Shown here in pieces: positions 23,736 to 37,265 of a DNA stretch of 64,000 nucleotides. The notes beneath the pieces were generated by a model. The model was given only the letters and a program-made list of their open reading frames with translations, did no database searches and was not told the DNA's origin. Where the stretch lies: the NCBI GenBank assembly GCA_964106915.2, contig OZ066919.1, one strand, 5' to 3'. A program made the position numbers and the translations under genes. Position 1 is the first letter of the stretch; each line of letters starts with the position of its first letter. This DNA is from Podarcis gaigeae (Eukaryota).

Positions 23736-25869
23736 CTGAAAAACAGGGGGGGGGAGTGTTAGCATGATATTTTGATTTATTTGCCCACACCACCACCACT
23801 TTCAGATATAAGTGAAATTTCTGTCTCAGCCCTAACCAAATATTTTGGAGGCATCCTATTGATATTGCTGGAACATCCTTTCACCTATCTCAGCACCCAG
23901 CACTCCGCTGCTGCTTCCATAGAAACAATTCTTTGTTTAATGGTATTTGGAGAGAAAGTGAACTACTCTATTCTTGCGATCAAGAGCCCATGGCCAAAAT
24001 GTTTATTTAAGAACATTTTTTCTACAGAAATAATAATGTTGTGACTATTATATAAAAAGAAGAAAAGTTTACATTCTGTCATGATCACCAAAATTGAATT
24101 TAGAATTCAATCAGTTGCAAATACTTACTACTGTACAACCAATAGCTGATTTTAATGCAATGGCATTAGGATAGGAGGTTTACTATGCATTAGGGAGAGG
24201 GAGAATTAAACAAGGGATGTAGCACCTTATTTCCTTTTGTGCACAGCAACACACACACACACACACAAAATGGATCTAGGGAAATTGTGTATTCAAAAAT
24301 TTCTCTGGATCTGGGGCAAAATCTCTCATTTACTTGGGTTTTAGTCCTATGGAAAGAGCATTCCTGTGCAAACTAATCCCTGATTCCCAGGCCACATAGA
24401 TAAAACTATATTGTGCATTGGGTAACATCCATCTATTCACAAAAGGGACAGAGATCCAGCAGAAAGGGGTGAGGCAAGACAAGGCAATTTCCCCTTCCAC
24501 ACTGTTCTGCAGGGTACCCACCTCTGGAGCAGCATGGGAGCTCTATGGGAAACTTGCCTCACCCACCACTAACCCCTCCACCCAAACTCCATTCATGCAA
24601 AGTCTCGATCTAACAGAGTATATTTATCTCATAACAACACTGATTTTTGTTTCAATTTCCTTTTTAAACTAACTAAATTGTTGAGTTTACAGTAAGTTAC
24701 TCTAGCACACTATGCTGTTGCTTTGTTTTACCCAACATCTCAGGGAAATTGATAACTATCAAATTGTCTAGATTCTGAATTACGTTTGAAAATACAGTAG
24801 CTGATATAAAAAGAAAACTCACCAAAAAAATTCTGATACCACACAACTCATAGCTTGGAAATGTTATATAAAATTTTACAACATAAAATTTCATTCATTT
24901 ACAAGTATTAATTTCACAGGTAGTTTCAAATCGTAATTTCATAGGTAGTTTTGTACTGCTGGTAGTTTCACAAACATTATTCCAGGAGGCTGCAGTGGCA
25001 AAGCCCACCATAGAAAGATGAGGTATAGTTCAGTTCTTTATATTTCAGCTTCTGTAGACAACAGACAAATTTAACTGAAACTTATTAAAATATTGTCCTG
25101 TTAATAAGCCCAAAACGTTACCAACCTGCAACTTTTTTCAACTAGCCTAAGAAAGTAGGAGCCTGTATTTCCATGGTGGAAATATGGGCTTCTTGGGTTT
25201 TGTAAGTGCCTTCTACCAAATGGACTGATGTGGGGAAGATGTTTTGCTGGCTCCAGAAGCAGTGAATCCCATTCATCTGCTGCCAGCATGGGAACCAAGT
25301 GGGTTGGTGGAGCAGGGATGGCTTTGTCCACCAGCCTGCTCAATTTCCTTACAACCTATGGCTACCTGGCAAGCTGTTCTCACATAAGGCTATTAAACCG
25401 CTTCTTCTTTAAGAGACACGAGTAATAATGAGCAAGCATCTTTCATGAAAACTATTGTCTTTTTATGATACATTCAGATCTGCCCCTCAAGGAATTGGCC
25501 AAGATGCAATTAGCTCAACACATAATGTGGGTTCTGAAATTGTGTTTCTGGAACACATTTTAAAAACAGTTTGCAATATGGCAAGAGGCAGGGGTTATAG
25601 GGAGTAAGAAATAGCACTGGGCATGCCCAAAGTAACTCTTTGGATCAGAGCCAATGTATTTAACCAGCTAAGAATTGCCAGTTAAAAATAAATATGTTGA
25701 ATGCATAGAAACATCTGTTCTAACAACATATTCATTTAAATCAGCACATTTATAAAATACAGAGTTTGTGTAAGTCCTCAAAATCGATTTTAAAAGTATA
25801 AAACATTTCAACAGTAGACTTTGGAAAAGGGATTAGACATTTACATTAATGTTTGTCCGCTTTAATTTA

Positions 25870-26221
25870 AAAAGCGATTCAAAACCAAGTACACATGCAC
25901 CAGAAAAGGCCACCAATAAGCCTAACATGCACAGTTCCATATAAGTGCAGTCAACAATGTTGACTGAAACTAAACTTGAAAATCCAGGGCACTAATGCAC
26001 AATATCAGGCAATAAAACAGCATCTCAGTGGTGATATTTAATTTAAAAAAGAAGAAAGAGGCAGGAGAAGATCAGGCACTGTCTGTTTTGGAGGATCAGC
26101 CATTCTGCATTTCAAAGCGTGGATCTCTGCAATATCCAGGTTACTGTGCTAGAATCTCCACTATTATATAGCAGTTGTAAGAGAGGGAGGGCAAAGATGT
26201 GTTTACTCAGTGATTAGGGCC
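25870..26221. promoter_or_regulatory. Candidate conserved intronic enhancer containing a palindromic DMRT/SOX site
   Basis: Repeat-free block about 2.2 kb from exon 13; palindrome at 25948-25966. Conservation not tested. Confidence 0.5.
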
Positions 26222-26377
26222 NNNNNNNNNNNNNNNNNNNNNNNNNNNNNNNNNNNNNNNNNNNNNNNNNNNNNNNNNNNNNNNNNNNNNNNNNNNNNNN
26301 NNNNNNNNNNNNNNNNNNNNNNNNNNNNNNNNNNNNNNNNNNNNNNNNNNNNNNNNNNNNNNNNNNNNNNNNNNNNN
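26222..26377. other. N-run, 156 nt
   Basis: Direct read. Confidence 0.99.
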
Positions 26378-28319
26378 TCATTATTTTTTCCACAAGGAAA
26401 CTTTAGGAAAGTGTTTAGTTAGAGAAAAACCCACATTGACCTCTCCCTAAACCCTTAATCTTTCCTTTGTGGTGGGACTGCTTTGTGGTAAGCGGATGGC
26501 TTTGCTCTCCTCTTTTCATTGGGAGCAGAGAAAAAAAGGCTCTTGAGAAACTCCTTTCGTCCCAAAGAAACAACCCCATGAAACTGTTAAATATAAGATT
26601 CCATGTGAATGAACTTTCCAAAATATGTACAGTTTAAAGCTAGGAGTTGAGGCCAAATACTAGAAAACAAGGCAGGTGCACACTTTAGCATATGTAAATT
26701 AGGAAATGGCCAAAAATATTTAACTACCCCCATTTATCGATTGAAATGCCATTTGGATTTCAAATTCAGATCATTCAGTTTGGCCATTTCTGGCACGAAG
26801 TAGAATCATATTCAGTCTCTTGGCTAAAGATGCCTTGGATTAAAATATATATATATACTAGAGTAGTAAAGATCCAAAAGTACTCTGGGAAGGAAATGAC
26901 TACCAAATCTCAAAACTTCTAATTTACCAACATTAATAACAATTTCATTTAAAATATACAGGCAACATTTAGCAATAGTATGTGTAATGATTTGAGTCTG
27001 TGTTTTTCCTAATACCAAGAAACCTTGCATTTGCTACATTTCTACAAAAGAATCAATTAAAAACAAATCCACACAAACTGTTTTGGATGAAGCAGCAGCA
27101 AAATCGTAAAACACGAGAAGAAACCATCAATCAAAATGCTGAGTGGTCTTGAGGAGGTTAGCTTTTCAGTGACCAAACTCCTTAGCAAAGTTCCCGGGAA
27201 TGTATTAAGATAATAGGAGCTTTGTCCCTTTAGATCTTCCTCTGTGAGGAAGTGAGGTAACAAGATTACTAAAAGGGCATTATCTGGAGAAAGTATTACT
27301 TGGAAGTGACACCACTATTTAATTCTGAGGAAGATTTTTCTTAAAAGCACCTGAGCTAGCCGCCAAAATCCAAATGGCTCACAATGTGATTTGGGGGCCT
27401 AGCTTTTGAAAATCCTACCTGAGCTGTTGGCTTGAGTGAGTGAGGCTTAAAACATGACTAAATTCTCTTAAATTCTGTTTGGTTAATTTTGGTTTGTTTA
27501 TTTATTAAAATTATAATTAAGAGAAAAATTGAGAAATTACCATGGTTCAGTCATTAAAGATAAGATATTAGTATCTGGCATGATCTCTTTCCCTAGTGCA
27601 TTGTTTCCTTTGGCAGACTTGCCTCAGAAAAGCACTTAATTTTTCAACCCAACAATCCTAAAAGGCAGAATATGCCACCATTTGAAATATATAGGCATGT
27701 ATCCCTTAATTTTGAAATGCTAATTGCTTCTGAATGTAGGCGAAGCTTGTTAAGAATTATAAATTATTATTAAATCCAGTTTAATTTTCTGATCTTGCAT
27801 TTGCAGCTATTCCCCCCCCCCCTCCATCAGTCTTAAGAAACCAAAGAATAAAGGGTATTAATAATAAGGTATTTAGTCATCAGCCCAAGAACAGTCCAGA
27901 ATGACAGATAATATCGGAACAGAATAACAAAACAACTTTAATATCCACATTTTTCATTGTTTGTGGTCAAATCTCTTTTTAATTTTAAGTACAAAAGTAT
28001 GTAAGACTTGTTTTATATTAAATAAAAAATATGTATGGGGTGTTCTGTTGCAGAATAACTATGTGGCCAATAAGGACTCTGTAGTCCTTAATTTGGTACC
28101 TTGTGCTAGAGAAAGGTAGCAACTGTGAGAAGATGAGCTCTGCACATGCGAAGGGACAGCTGATTTGCTTGCATTATTGAAAGAAATGGGAAAGCTTGCT
28201 TACATATCACAAATGCATGTGACAACATGCATGGACTTCTAAACCAGAGACAAAAATCTAATTAATCAACACCAAATATTATTTTTTTGCTAGGGGATGT
28301 ATGACCCTATTCAAAAGAG

Positions 28320-28950
28320 GCTATTGACCAATTATCTGGACTCAAGACCCACCAACCCACAGGGCTTCCATCTTGCCAGTTTACTGGCCTTTATCTAGCC
28401 CATCACTGAGCCCTAGCATCAGCAGCCCAAGGATTGCGCAGCCTCTTGATTTGGCTATTTCAGATAAAAAGAGCTGGGTATCAGCAGCATACTGTTGACA
28501 TTTCCCCCCAAATATCCAAATGATTTCCTTCAATGGCTTTTTTATAAATAACATTAGGGACAAGATAGTACCCCACAGCACCCCAAGGCCCAGGGTGCCA
28601 AAAGACAATCACCCAATTGAAAATGACCCAACACCTTCAATATCTATCCCACCAAATCAGCTTGGAAGGATACCATGGTGGTTGATATCAAAAGCCACTG
28701 AGAGATTAAGTAAAAATAACAGGTTTGCACTCTGCCTGTCCTTGTCCCAATAAAGAGAGTGACCAAGGTCAATTTAGTCCTATAACTAGGCCTAGATCCA
28801 GATTGAAATGGGTCAAGATAATCTGTTTCATCCAAGAGTACCTGCAACTGTTGAGACACAACCCTCTCAATCACCTTTCCTAAAAAGGGAGTATTTGTGA
28901 CCAGGCAGCAGTTGTCACAGACCAATAGGAAAAGCATAGGCTTTTTCAGG
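28320..28950 (-). mobile_element. L2-clade LINE reverse-transcriptase fragment (degenerate)
   Basis: ORFs 28644..28937 (PFLGKVIERVVSQQLQVLLDETDYLDPFQSG) and 28381..28608 (QQYAADTQL, a decayed YADDTQL). Confidence 0.9.
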
Positions 28951-29756
28951 TTTCAGGTAATATGTTTGAACAATAATAGTCTTTTGGGGAAAGGAATTGC
29001 AGTGCTCAGCCAGGATCTGTAGGTGGTACTGAAGACCAAGTTGTTGCTGACTTGATTTGAAATCTTTTGTTTTTAACTTTTGACCTAAATGTTTGCATTT
29101 AAAGTAGGTGTTGTTGTTGTATTATACAGTGCCATCCACATTGCTAGGCAAGCAGGGCCCAAGCAGACCAGAGTGCAGCAGCCTGCAGTTTAGTGTCCAG
29201 ACCCTGAAAGCCAGAGAGGTGAGCAAACTGGCTTTCCCAGGCCCAGGGAGCCTGAGGGGGGCAAGGGAAGGAAGGAGAAGAGGGAAAGCCCCATCACACA
29301 AGTTATAGTCCTTGCACAAGGCTTCTGCTGACAGGGCTGCTTAGGTGGATCTTCTCTCTCAAATGTTATTTCTCCACATGCCATTCAACATGATTTCACA
29401 CAACCATTTTTACCTCACATTTAATATCATGAAGTAGAACTAGGCAGCTGATAATTTCAGCACATTTAAAAATCGGAAGTACACAGATGAGTAAATTTGA
29501 TAACCATATTGGTGAATCATTTTCAGCATCTAGATCTAAAGAACACATGATGAAGAAAACTCAAAAACCAAGCAATAATTTCATCCCCCTCCCCCAAAAA
29601 ACCCAGTGTAAACCAATTAAGCATTTAGGATCAACCAAAGATTCAGAAACTTTGTAAAATAAGGATAACTAAATCTGTTTTAACTAAGAGCACTGGTTTA
29701 AATAAATGTAGTACTTTGCTTTTCCCTCTGTGGTGACGTACACACTCTTTAAAAAA

Positions 29757-29945
29757 TATGATGCTACCTCATACTGAGCGAAGTAACCAGGTCCACCTAG
29801 ACCACTACTCTGCTTGAACTAGCAGGACGTACCCACAGTTTCAGGTAGAAGTATTACCCAACCCTGCCACCAGAGTCATTTAAGCGGAAATCCCAAGGAT
29901 TGAACTGGGAACCTTCTGCATACAGAACATGAGCTCAGCTGAAAC
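29757..29945 (-). mobile_element. tRNA-derived SINE with CR1-type tail (Squam2-like)
   Basis: Reverse complement resembles the 52751-52940 copy (gcagaaggttcccagttcaatcc B-box; ggtggacc...ctcagtatgaggtagc tail). Confidence 0.7.
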
Positions 29946-30994
29946 ACAAACACTCAACACACTTTTTACAAGATGTGTGACATCCTTGAGCTGCTTTATA
30001 GCATTCGGCCTACATTCATAATAATTTTAGGCTTGAAAATTAACGCAGTTTCTTAATATTTTCATAGTAAAATTTCAACACACTTGCATTGTGATTACCA
30101 TTTTGACCAGCTTTGAATATGTATCACTTTCATAAAATGTTTGAAGTATTGCAAAATATATTACATGAATATACAGTATATATGAATATTTTTGTTTAAC
30201 CTATGAAATACACAAAATAAATTTGGATTTTCTGCCCGTGGGCTAGGTTGGATGTGCATATGGATTGAGTTATTCTTATTCTTATCTATTCTAACCACTC
30301 ACCTCCAAGCAATGTGTGTGGCCTCAACCAGATCATGTTGGCCACTGTGTTTATTTCAGTAAGTTGAAGTGAAGCATTACAGATGCCAATAGGTAATGTT
30401 TCCCTCTATCCACCTCAGGATTTGACTCGCAATTGATTCTCCCATCTGGTATTTGGGTTCAGCAGGAAAGCTTTGAGATTTAATTAATAATTTCAAAGCT
30501 TGAGTTCACTTTTGCTGAAGTTGCAATATCATGATATTAGAATAGTTTGCATCAGAATATTTGTTGAAAGAGATGCTGGAATTATTAAAGGTACAGTACT
30601 TCTGGCTTGCAGTTAAACATTCCAGTATTTTTATTTTGGAAATGTTATCAGACTGTCAGACAGGCCTATTCTTTTAGCAATTAAAATGCTGCAAAAAGTA
30701 AAGCTGCAAAATCTGAGAACAGTATGGAGACAGAAATTTTATTGCAACAGTGAAACACATTTTTCACATCTGTTTCATCATCAATCAGTGATCACCTTAA
30801 TATACTTTCAGAACATACAGAAGGTTTGCTGAATTCCAGATTTTGTTATCTGAATGTCTTATGGCACCTGGATGGTAACAATATGGACCCCATTATGATT
30901 ATTTGGCTAATCAAATTATGGATATAGAGGATATGATGCTGCTTTGCAGGAAAACAGAAAAAATTATATGAAAATAGGAAAACATTTACAGTAT

Positions 30995-31331
30995 ATAATA
31001 GCCATATTCAAGTATCTAAAGGGTTGCCACATGGAAGATGGAACATATTTTTCTCCTGCTCTGGAGGGTAGGACTCAAACCAATGGATTCAAGGTACAAG
31101 AAAGGAGTTTCTGACTAAACATCAGGAAGTAGTTTCTGACAGTAACAGCCGTTCGACAGTGGAACAGACTCCCTTGGGAGGTTGTGGAGTCTCCTTCCTT
31201 GGAGGTTTTTAAGCAGATGTTGGATGGCCATCTGTCAAGGATGCTTTAGTTGAGATTCCTGCATTGCAGGGGGTTGGACCAGATGACTCTGGGGGTCCCT
31301 TCCAACTCTGAAATTCTACAGTTCTATGATT
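30995..31331 (+). mobile_element. CR1 LINE 3' end
   Basis: Encodes ..FKYLKGCH..GRTQTNGFKVQ..VRQWNRLPWEVVESPSLEVFKQMLDGHLS; ends ggtcccttccaactct...ttctatgatt. Confidence 0.93.
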
Positions 31332-31769
31332 AATTTTTTATCTTAGATAATCCAAGGACACACTCTTGGCTTCCCAATAAAATTGTAATAGTGTGTACTT
31401 GTGGGAAAACGTTTCAGTTTGTGTTCTTCCTTTTCTGGATAGTTGCTAGAAATTAAGAGGGGGTGCTCAGCATCCATTTGTTCCCAGGGCAAATGCTGAG
31501 GGGAATAGATTTTGGATCTGAGAATATGTTGGGGCGGGGGACTAAGTGGGGGAAATTAAATAAAATTAAATTTAAAAAGGCCAATTGAGAGTTAGCTTGC
31601 TCAGTGGACATTAAATGTGGTTGGCAAGGTAGAAAGCTGGTGGGAATAGAGTATCCTGGAGGGAGATAGTGAACAAGGGTCCCACTTGTATAACTGTGCT
31701 CATAAATCCAGGCAGTGCTGTAATCAATTTCATCTGCTAGAAGATCCTTCTGCCAAAAGCATTTATGAA

Positions 31770-32400
31770 GCATGTAAGGGTTCAATCTGAATTCGGTAAC
31801 TAACCGGCCTGAAGCTGAATCCCAACATGGAAACATTGTGGGTGAGTGTTCTCAGGTTTGGGGATGAGGTTGCACTACCCATAAAGGAGCAGGTATGCAG
31901 TTTAGGGATACTCTTTGATCTACCATTGCCACTCGAGGCCCAGATGGCCTCAGTGTCCCAAAGTTCACGTTGCCAGCATTGCTGGTTCATTGGCTGAAAT
32001 TCCCTTGTGCACAGGGATAGCTTAGCTAAGGTGATTTATGTTCTGGTAACCTCCTGGCTAGATTATGTGTGGCTGCCATGAGATGCCTTGGAAGCATCAG
32101 TCAGTGCGGAGCTTAGCTGCTAGAATTTTGATGAGTACAGCAAGAGTCATTCAATATTACTGCTATTTTGAAATATCTACACTAGCTGCTTGTTTGCTTT
32201 AGAGCCCAATTTCAAGTGCTGGTGCTTCCTTTTAAAGCCATAAATGGTTTGGACCTGAAGGTGTTCCTCTTTCACTACTAACCTATCCCTGTTTTAGGAT
32301 CTTCTGGAGAGGCTCTGTTCCAAGTACCCTATTAAGCAGAAGTATGTTAAGCTTCCACAGAGGACAGATTTTTTCCTGTGGTGGTGCCCAACCTTGGAAT
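31770..32400 (+). mobile_element. L2 ORF2 3' portion (degenerate)
   Basis: L2 motifs LKLNP, VTSWLDY, AQFQVLVLPFKAINGL and tgtggtggtgcccaaccttggaat. Confidence 0.8.
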
Positions 32401-33312
32401 GTAAAGAGGCATACATAGCACTGAAATTACAATATGGTGGGCACCAATAGACCTTCCTATCTACTCTTGCATCTTTGAACCTGGCAGTAGCATATGGCAT
32501 GCATGCACGTATATAAGAAATGTGAAAAGATAACTCATATATAATAGCCATAACTTACAGATCATTTAAAGGTGGATTTAGTTAAATTCACATTTGAATT
32601 AGTACACTTACAGTATTCTATAGCATACCAACAATAAACTAGGCAGAAATAAACTTAGTTCATATGTGTGTTGTTGTTTTTAAAGAACTATATAGGTATC
32701 ACTAAGACTTCTAACATGAATTTCTTTTCAGTAATTTTTATTAAAATTTCAAATTTCCATTATAGCCATCCATTCAACAACTTTCCTTCCAAGGTTCTTT
32801 TAATTTGTCCGCCATTCCTGCATATTTTTGTAAATCCATCTAATTCATTTCCCCATCTTACATACCTTTTAAATATGTTATACTGTTGCATTTACCTTAA
32901 TACTGACACCGTTTCCAGCTGTACACAATTATTTTCAGCAAAAATTTTCCACTCCTCTTTAAATACCTGTTCTTCTTGCTCTCTTATTCTACTTGTTAGA
33001 CCTGCTACCTCTGCATATTCTATCATCTTAAGTTCCAATCCTCCTTGCTATGGACCTCCCTCACCTTCCATTTTTGAGCTAACAAGATCTGAGAATTAAA
33101 AAGTTTTTATGACACCTGGGTACCTCTGTCTGAACCATTCCTAACAGAAATGACACTGGTTTTTGGGAATGTTGTTTTAAACTTTTTTTATCTCATTATA
33201 TATCATTTCCCAATGTTCTTTGACTTTTTTGCATGCCCACCACATATGGAAAAAGTTCATTTCATTTCTTTACATTTCCAACACAAATCCGATTCCGCTT
33301 ATACATCTTAGC

Positions 33313-33678
33313 CAGTGTTCGAAACTCCCATTGTTTGAAGTGCATTTTCTGGCAGCGAATTCCATTAGAGTGAACAGTTTCTGAGCTCTGGGAGCAGTAC
33401 GACACCTAATATTTCAGATTAAAACTGCAAAGTGGAAGGAAAGGAGGATCTTTTTATGCCTCCCCACTTCCAGCCACTATCTGGAAAAGAAATCCTTTTA
33501 AGAATATTGGGGGGTGGGGGCAGGGGAAAGACTAGACCATGTGAAAAAAGAACATGATATTTTAGCTGCAGTTCATTCGTTTTCAGCCTTGTATTCTTGT
33601 TATAAGACAAGACATTTAGTTGTTGGTCCCAGAACCTAGGTTTAGCTCCTAGCTTTCATATCTCAGTTTCTAACACTG
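33313..33678. mobile_element. hAT MITE nested in L1
   Basis: 14-bp TIR CAGTGTTCGAAACT / AGTTTCTAACACTG (1 mismatch); 8-bp TSD ATCTTAGC/ATCTTAGT. Confidence 0.9.
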
Positions 33679-33999
33679 ATCTTAGTTAGTCTTAGTTAGT
33701 CTACTTGGGGTTAGATACCATCTATGAATCATTTTCATGTGTTCTCTTTCGACGTGTAGTAAATTTCAGCTCTTTCTTTCAGAGTTTCTCCCAGAGGTTT
33801 AGTTCTATATTATACCCTATATAAATTGCCCAGTAGGTCACCTAGGCTTTAACTAGCTTGTCTTTTGTTTCCCATTCCAATAATTGCTTATATATTTTAG
33901 ACAATAATTTTTTATTATTCTGCAATAACTCTCTTTCAAATTGTGAGATTTTCTCCAAAACTCAATTTTTCTTATCTAGTTTAAACATATCATATAATT

Positions 34000-34257
34000 C
34001 AGGGGTCAGCAAACTTTTTCAGCGGGGGGGGGGGGCGGTCCACTGTCCCTCAGACCTTGTGGGGGGCTGGACTATATTTTGAAGGGGGGGGGGGAATAAA
34101 CGAATTCCTATGCCCCACAAATAACCCAGAGGTGCATTTTAAATAAAAGCACACATTCTACTAATGTAAAAACACAGATTCCCGGACCGTCTGTGGGCCG
34201 GATTTAGAAAGTGATTGGGCCGGATCCAGCCCCCAGGCCTTAGTTTGCCTACCCATG
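34000..34257. mobile_element. hAT MITE nested in L1
   Basis: Termini CAGGGGTCAGCAAACT / AGTTTGCCTACCCATG; perfect 8-bp TSD ATATAATT (33992-33999, 34258-34265). Confidence 0.92.
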
Positions 34258-34446
34258 ATATAATTGATAATATTGTAACCAATCAGTAACTTGGCTCTGC
34301 TTCTAACATGAATGTCAGGAAGGTTAGATTATGAGAGAGTCACAATATGTATGCAGGAGAAGACGGTCTTTTTGAAATCGGGCAATAACACATTTTCAGT
34401 AACTATATGTATCTTTAAAAAAAGAGATCACAATGTCTCTTCATCC

Positions 34447-34447
34447 A

Positions 34448-34482
<35 letters not shown>

Positions 34483-34508
34483 GCAAGCAAGCAAGCAAGC
34501 AAGCAAGC
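34447..34508. repeat. Compound (TAAA)n(GCAA)n microsatellite
   Basis: Direct read. Confidence 0.97.
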
Positions 34509-35950
34509 TACTACGTGTATACCAAGTACATAAGAAAAGTACAATTTCTAATAACCAGAACCTTTCATTAACTTTCTATTTTATTCATATATATATTTAG
34601 TTTATCCTTATTCATATTCACAAAAACTGCTAGATGTTTTCCTCACAAAGGATAAACAAAGTACAAAGAAACTAGTTTTTGCTCTGGAGCTGAAGCTGAG
34701 TTTTTACAGAACACCTTCTGCTCAGACAACTTAAAATTCCCCAAGAAAAAGGACAAGGTCTACACACACTCTTGGCTGCAAAGTGCTCTCAAATTAAATC
34801 AGTTTGAAGTGGTTTTCATTAAGATGGATTGAGTGTGGCATCGTGAGAAACACTTTATAAAATGTAGTGTTTTACTTAGTGATTAACTATATACCAGTTG
34901 ATGAAGCTCCCTAAATCCTTCGTAATCCGACCACTCCAATAAACATTTAATGAGCATATAAATTCAAAAAGCCTAGCAGAGGATTTAAACCTTCAATCTT
35001 GTTTTTATTTACTCTTCCAACTCAATTTCTCACTTCAAGTTAAGAATGCTATTGCTTCAAGCTCGTCTGTTGCCCTGGTAAAATTAAGTGCCCTCTGCAG
35101 CTCAGTTTAGAACATATGGTTTCAGATTTCAATTATTTCAGAAGGAAAGTATATATTTTAGAAATTGTATTTTAAAAAACATTACTACTTCCTAATAACT
35201 ACTCTTAAGGAAATCCTCCCATTAGGAAATGAGTGAAATTAGGAAATAATGTAAAAATGTAAGAGAGTTTGATCCTTTTAAACTTGTTATTCAGTTACTT
35301 GATACATTGGCCTGGTTCAAGTGTCTCTGTGGTTTAATGTGAACAAAAAAGTCCCCACTTCACTGCTCTCCCACTCATGCTGGAGCATGTTGGGAGCAAC
35401 TACCCACAAGCCTTGGCTTCTTATGTCATTTGAATCCAAGCTTGTGGTTTGTTTTTCTAACAACTCACCCTTATTGCCGATAGCCAAGGTGTTGTATCCA
35501 ATACTGCTGCTCCACTTGAGCATCATCAAAATCTATTCCAGAGACCCTCCAGAGCAGATTCTGGGTATGTGTGGGGAAAGGCGGAAGGCTCCGATCATGC
35601 AGTCAGAACCTCACTGACATAGTATCGGATACAACACTTGTGTTGTTCTTGGCTTACCACTTGTAGTTTGAGGAAAATAACCACTAGGGCTCAAACAACA
35701 TGACAAGCCAAGGTTTATGATTCACCGCTTCCAGCGTGGCATAGTCGGAAATAGGGGCGAAAGTAAAGTAGGGGTGTCTGACCAGCATGCATTGCTGCTT
35801 GTTCATGTTAAGCCACAGTTAAACATTAACTATGCTTCAATGTGACATGCAAACATAACCAATTTTGGAACTAACTACTGCAATAGTTAATCAGTGTAGG
35901 AAGCGGCCCGAAAGGCATTTTAGACAGTATAGTATTAAAAATGTACTTAC

Positions 35951-36032
35951 ATCTCTGGCTTTTCCATAGAAAGCCTCTTGAAAAGCAGCCTCTAATGATC
36001 CAATAAAAAATACTGGATGGCAGTCACCATAT
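35951..36032 (-). CDS. FAF1: FAF1 exon (~exon 12), 82 bp, phase 2-0: YGDCHPVFFIGSLEAAFQEAFYGKARD
   Basis: Acceptor ttcacacag|A TAT, donor GAT|gtaagt; start of the UAS domain. Confidence 0.97.
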
Positions 36033-37182
36033 CTGTGTGAATACCAAAAAGTTTCAATTAATTTTTTTTAAAATAAAAATAAAAATAAATGGGTTCCAGC
36101 ACCTAATTTTTTTTTTTTTTTACAAAAACACAGAATAACTACATTTTCTAGGAAGCAATATTTTAAACATTTTATTTGCATTCAACACTTCATATCAACA
36201 CACCACAATATATTTCAGGCATATACACATTTTTCATTTCTATATAGATAAAATTGTTATCTATCAAACTGAGAGCTACCAGGTCCAGAAATGCAACTCT
36301 GAGATAAAGAAGACTGACACTGAGAGCAGTCTCAAGTAAATGACTTTGGCATGCCTGAAATGTAAACGTTATCAATCTTATACTTAGCGTAAAACTTTAA
36401 GTTAAATGATAGAATGCCAGCTTTAAACAAACGATCCCACAAAAATCAATTTCTGTTCTTATTTGTTCATTTGTCTTCCAAGGGATAATGGGAAGACCTT
36501 CGCAGGAACAGGCCAGTGTTGGTAGCATAAACAGAAACTTATAGAGGAAGGGAGGGAGGGGTTTCTAAATGACACAAATGGAGAGCTGCTCTCCATGAGA
36601 CATTTGCAGAGGTTTGCACTTTGCTTGTTACCCAAAATTGCAGAAAGCATAAGTACTTCCTGCCACACTTCTGACCATATGAAGTCGCTCAGAATAACAA
36701 AGCTTCAAAATCAAAACTCACAAGTTTGAGCCACTAAAGTTCCCATGGTAGAGCTAACTGCACGAAACTGCATTAGCTACAAGAACAATTTGTAGAGTAC
36801 GGTAAATAGTATTGTCTCCTCACCTTCCGTAACTGCATTAAGTTTATTCATAGCCATTCGACCCAGCCTCAGCTAACTACATTTCCTTCCCTTTCTTCCT
36901 AATCTGGAATCGGATGGAAAAATACTCTCAACCGGATGTTAAACTATCCCACTGCTCACTGAAAGCAGAGAAATTCAAAAGGTAAAATAAGACTTGTCCT
37001 TTTGAAGGTAGCTGGGTAATAGGAATATTGAAGAGAAGAGTGTAGAAATTGAAAACTTGCTCCTACAGGCAGCTGGATCCTACTCAAAAGCCACCCTTCC
37101 ACCAAAACCAACACTGTCAGTCTTGTAATGGCTGCTGGAGATAGGCACCTAAGAACAGTTCTCAAAACCTGAGCTGCATGGC

Positions 37183-37265
37183 TTAGGAAGCTGCCTTATG
37201 TGGAATGATACCATGGACTGGCAGTAGCTCTCTGAGGTTTCATTCACATATGTACCTGGAGATGC
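37183..37265 (-). mobile_element. Internally deleted Squam2-like SINE tail
   Basis: taggaagctgccttat...gactggcagtagctctc matches the tail of the other copies. Confidence 0.55.

Larger units (their letters stand above)
32720..34300 (-). mobile_element. L1 ORF2 3' end interrupted by two hAT MITEs
   Basis: Minus strand ..DWLQYYQ..KKLLSKIYKQLLEWETKD..RWYLTPSRL / AKMYK..CWKCKE..HMWWACKKVKEHWE..LLAQKWK..EEWKIF (CCHC zinc knuckle); ends with AATAAAAA near 32735. Confidence 0.9.

Noticed and set aside
34021-34095. G-quadruplex regulatory element
   Set aside because: Homopolymer G runs inside a MITE; likely slippage with no locus-specific evidence.
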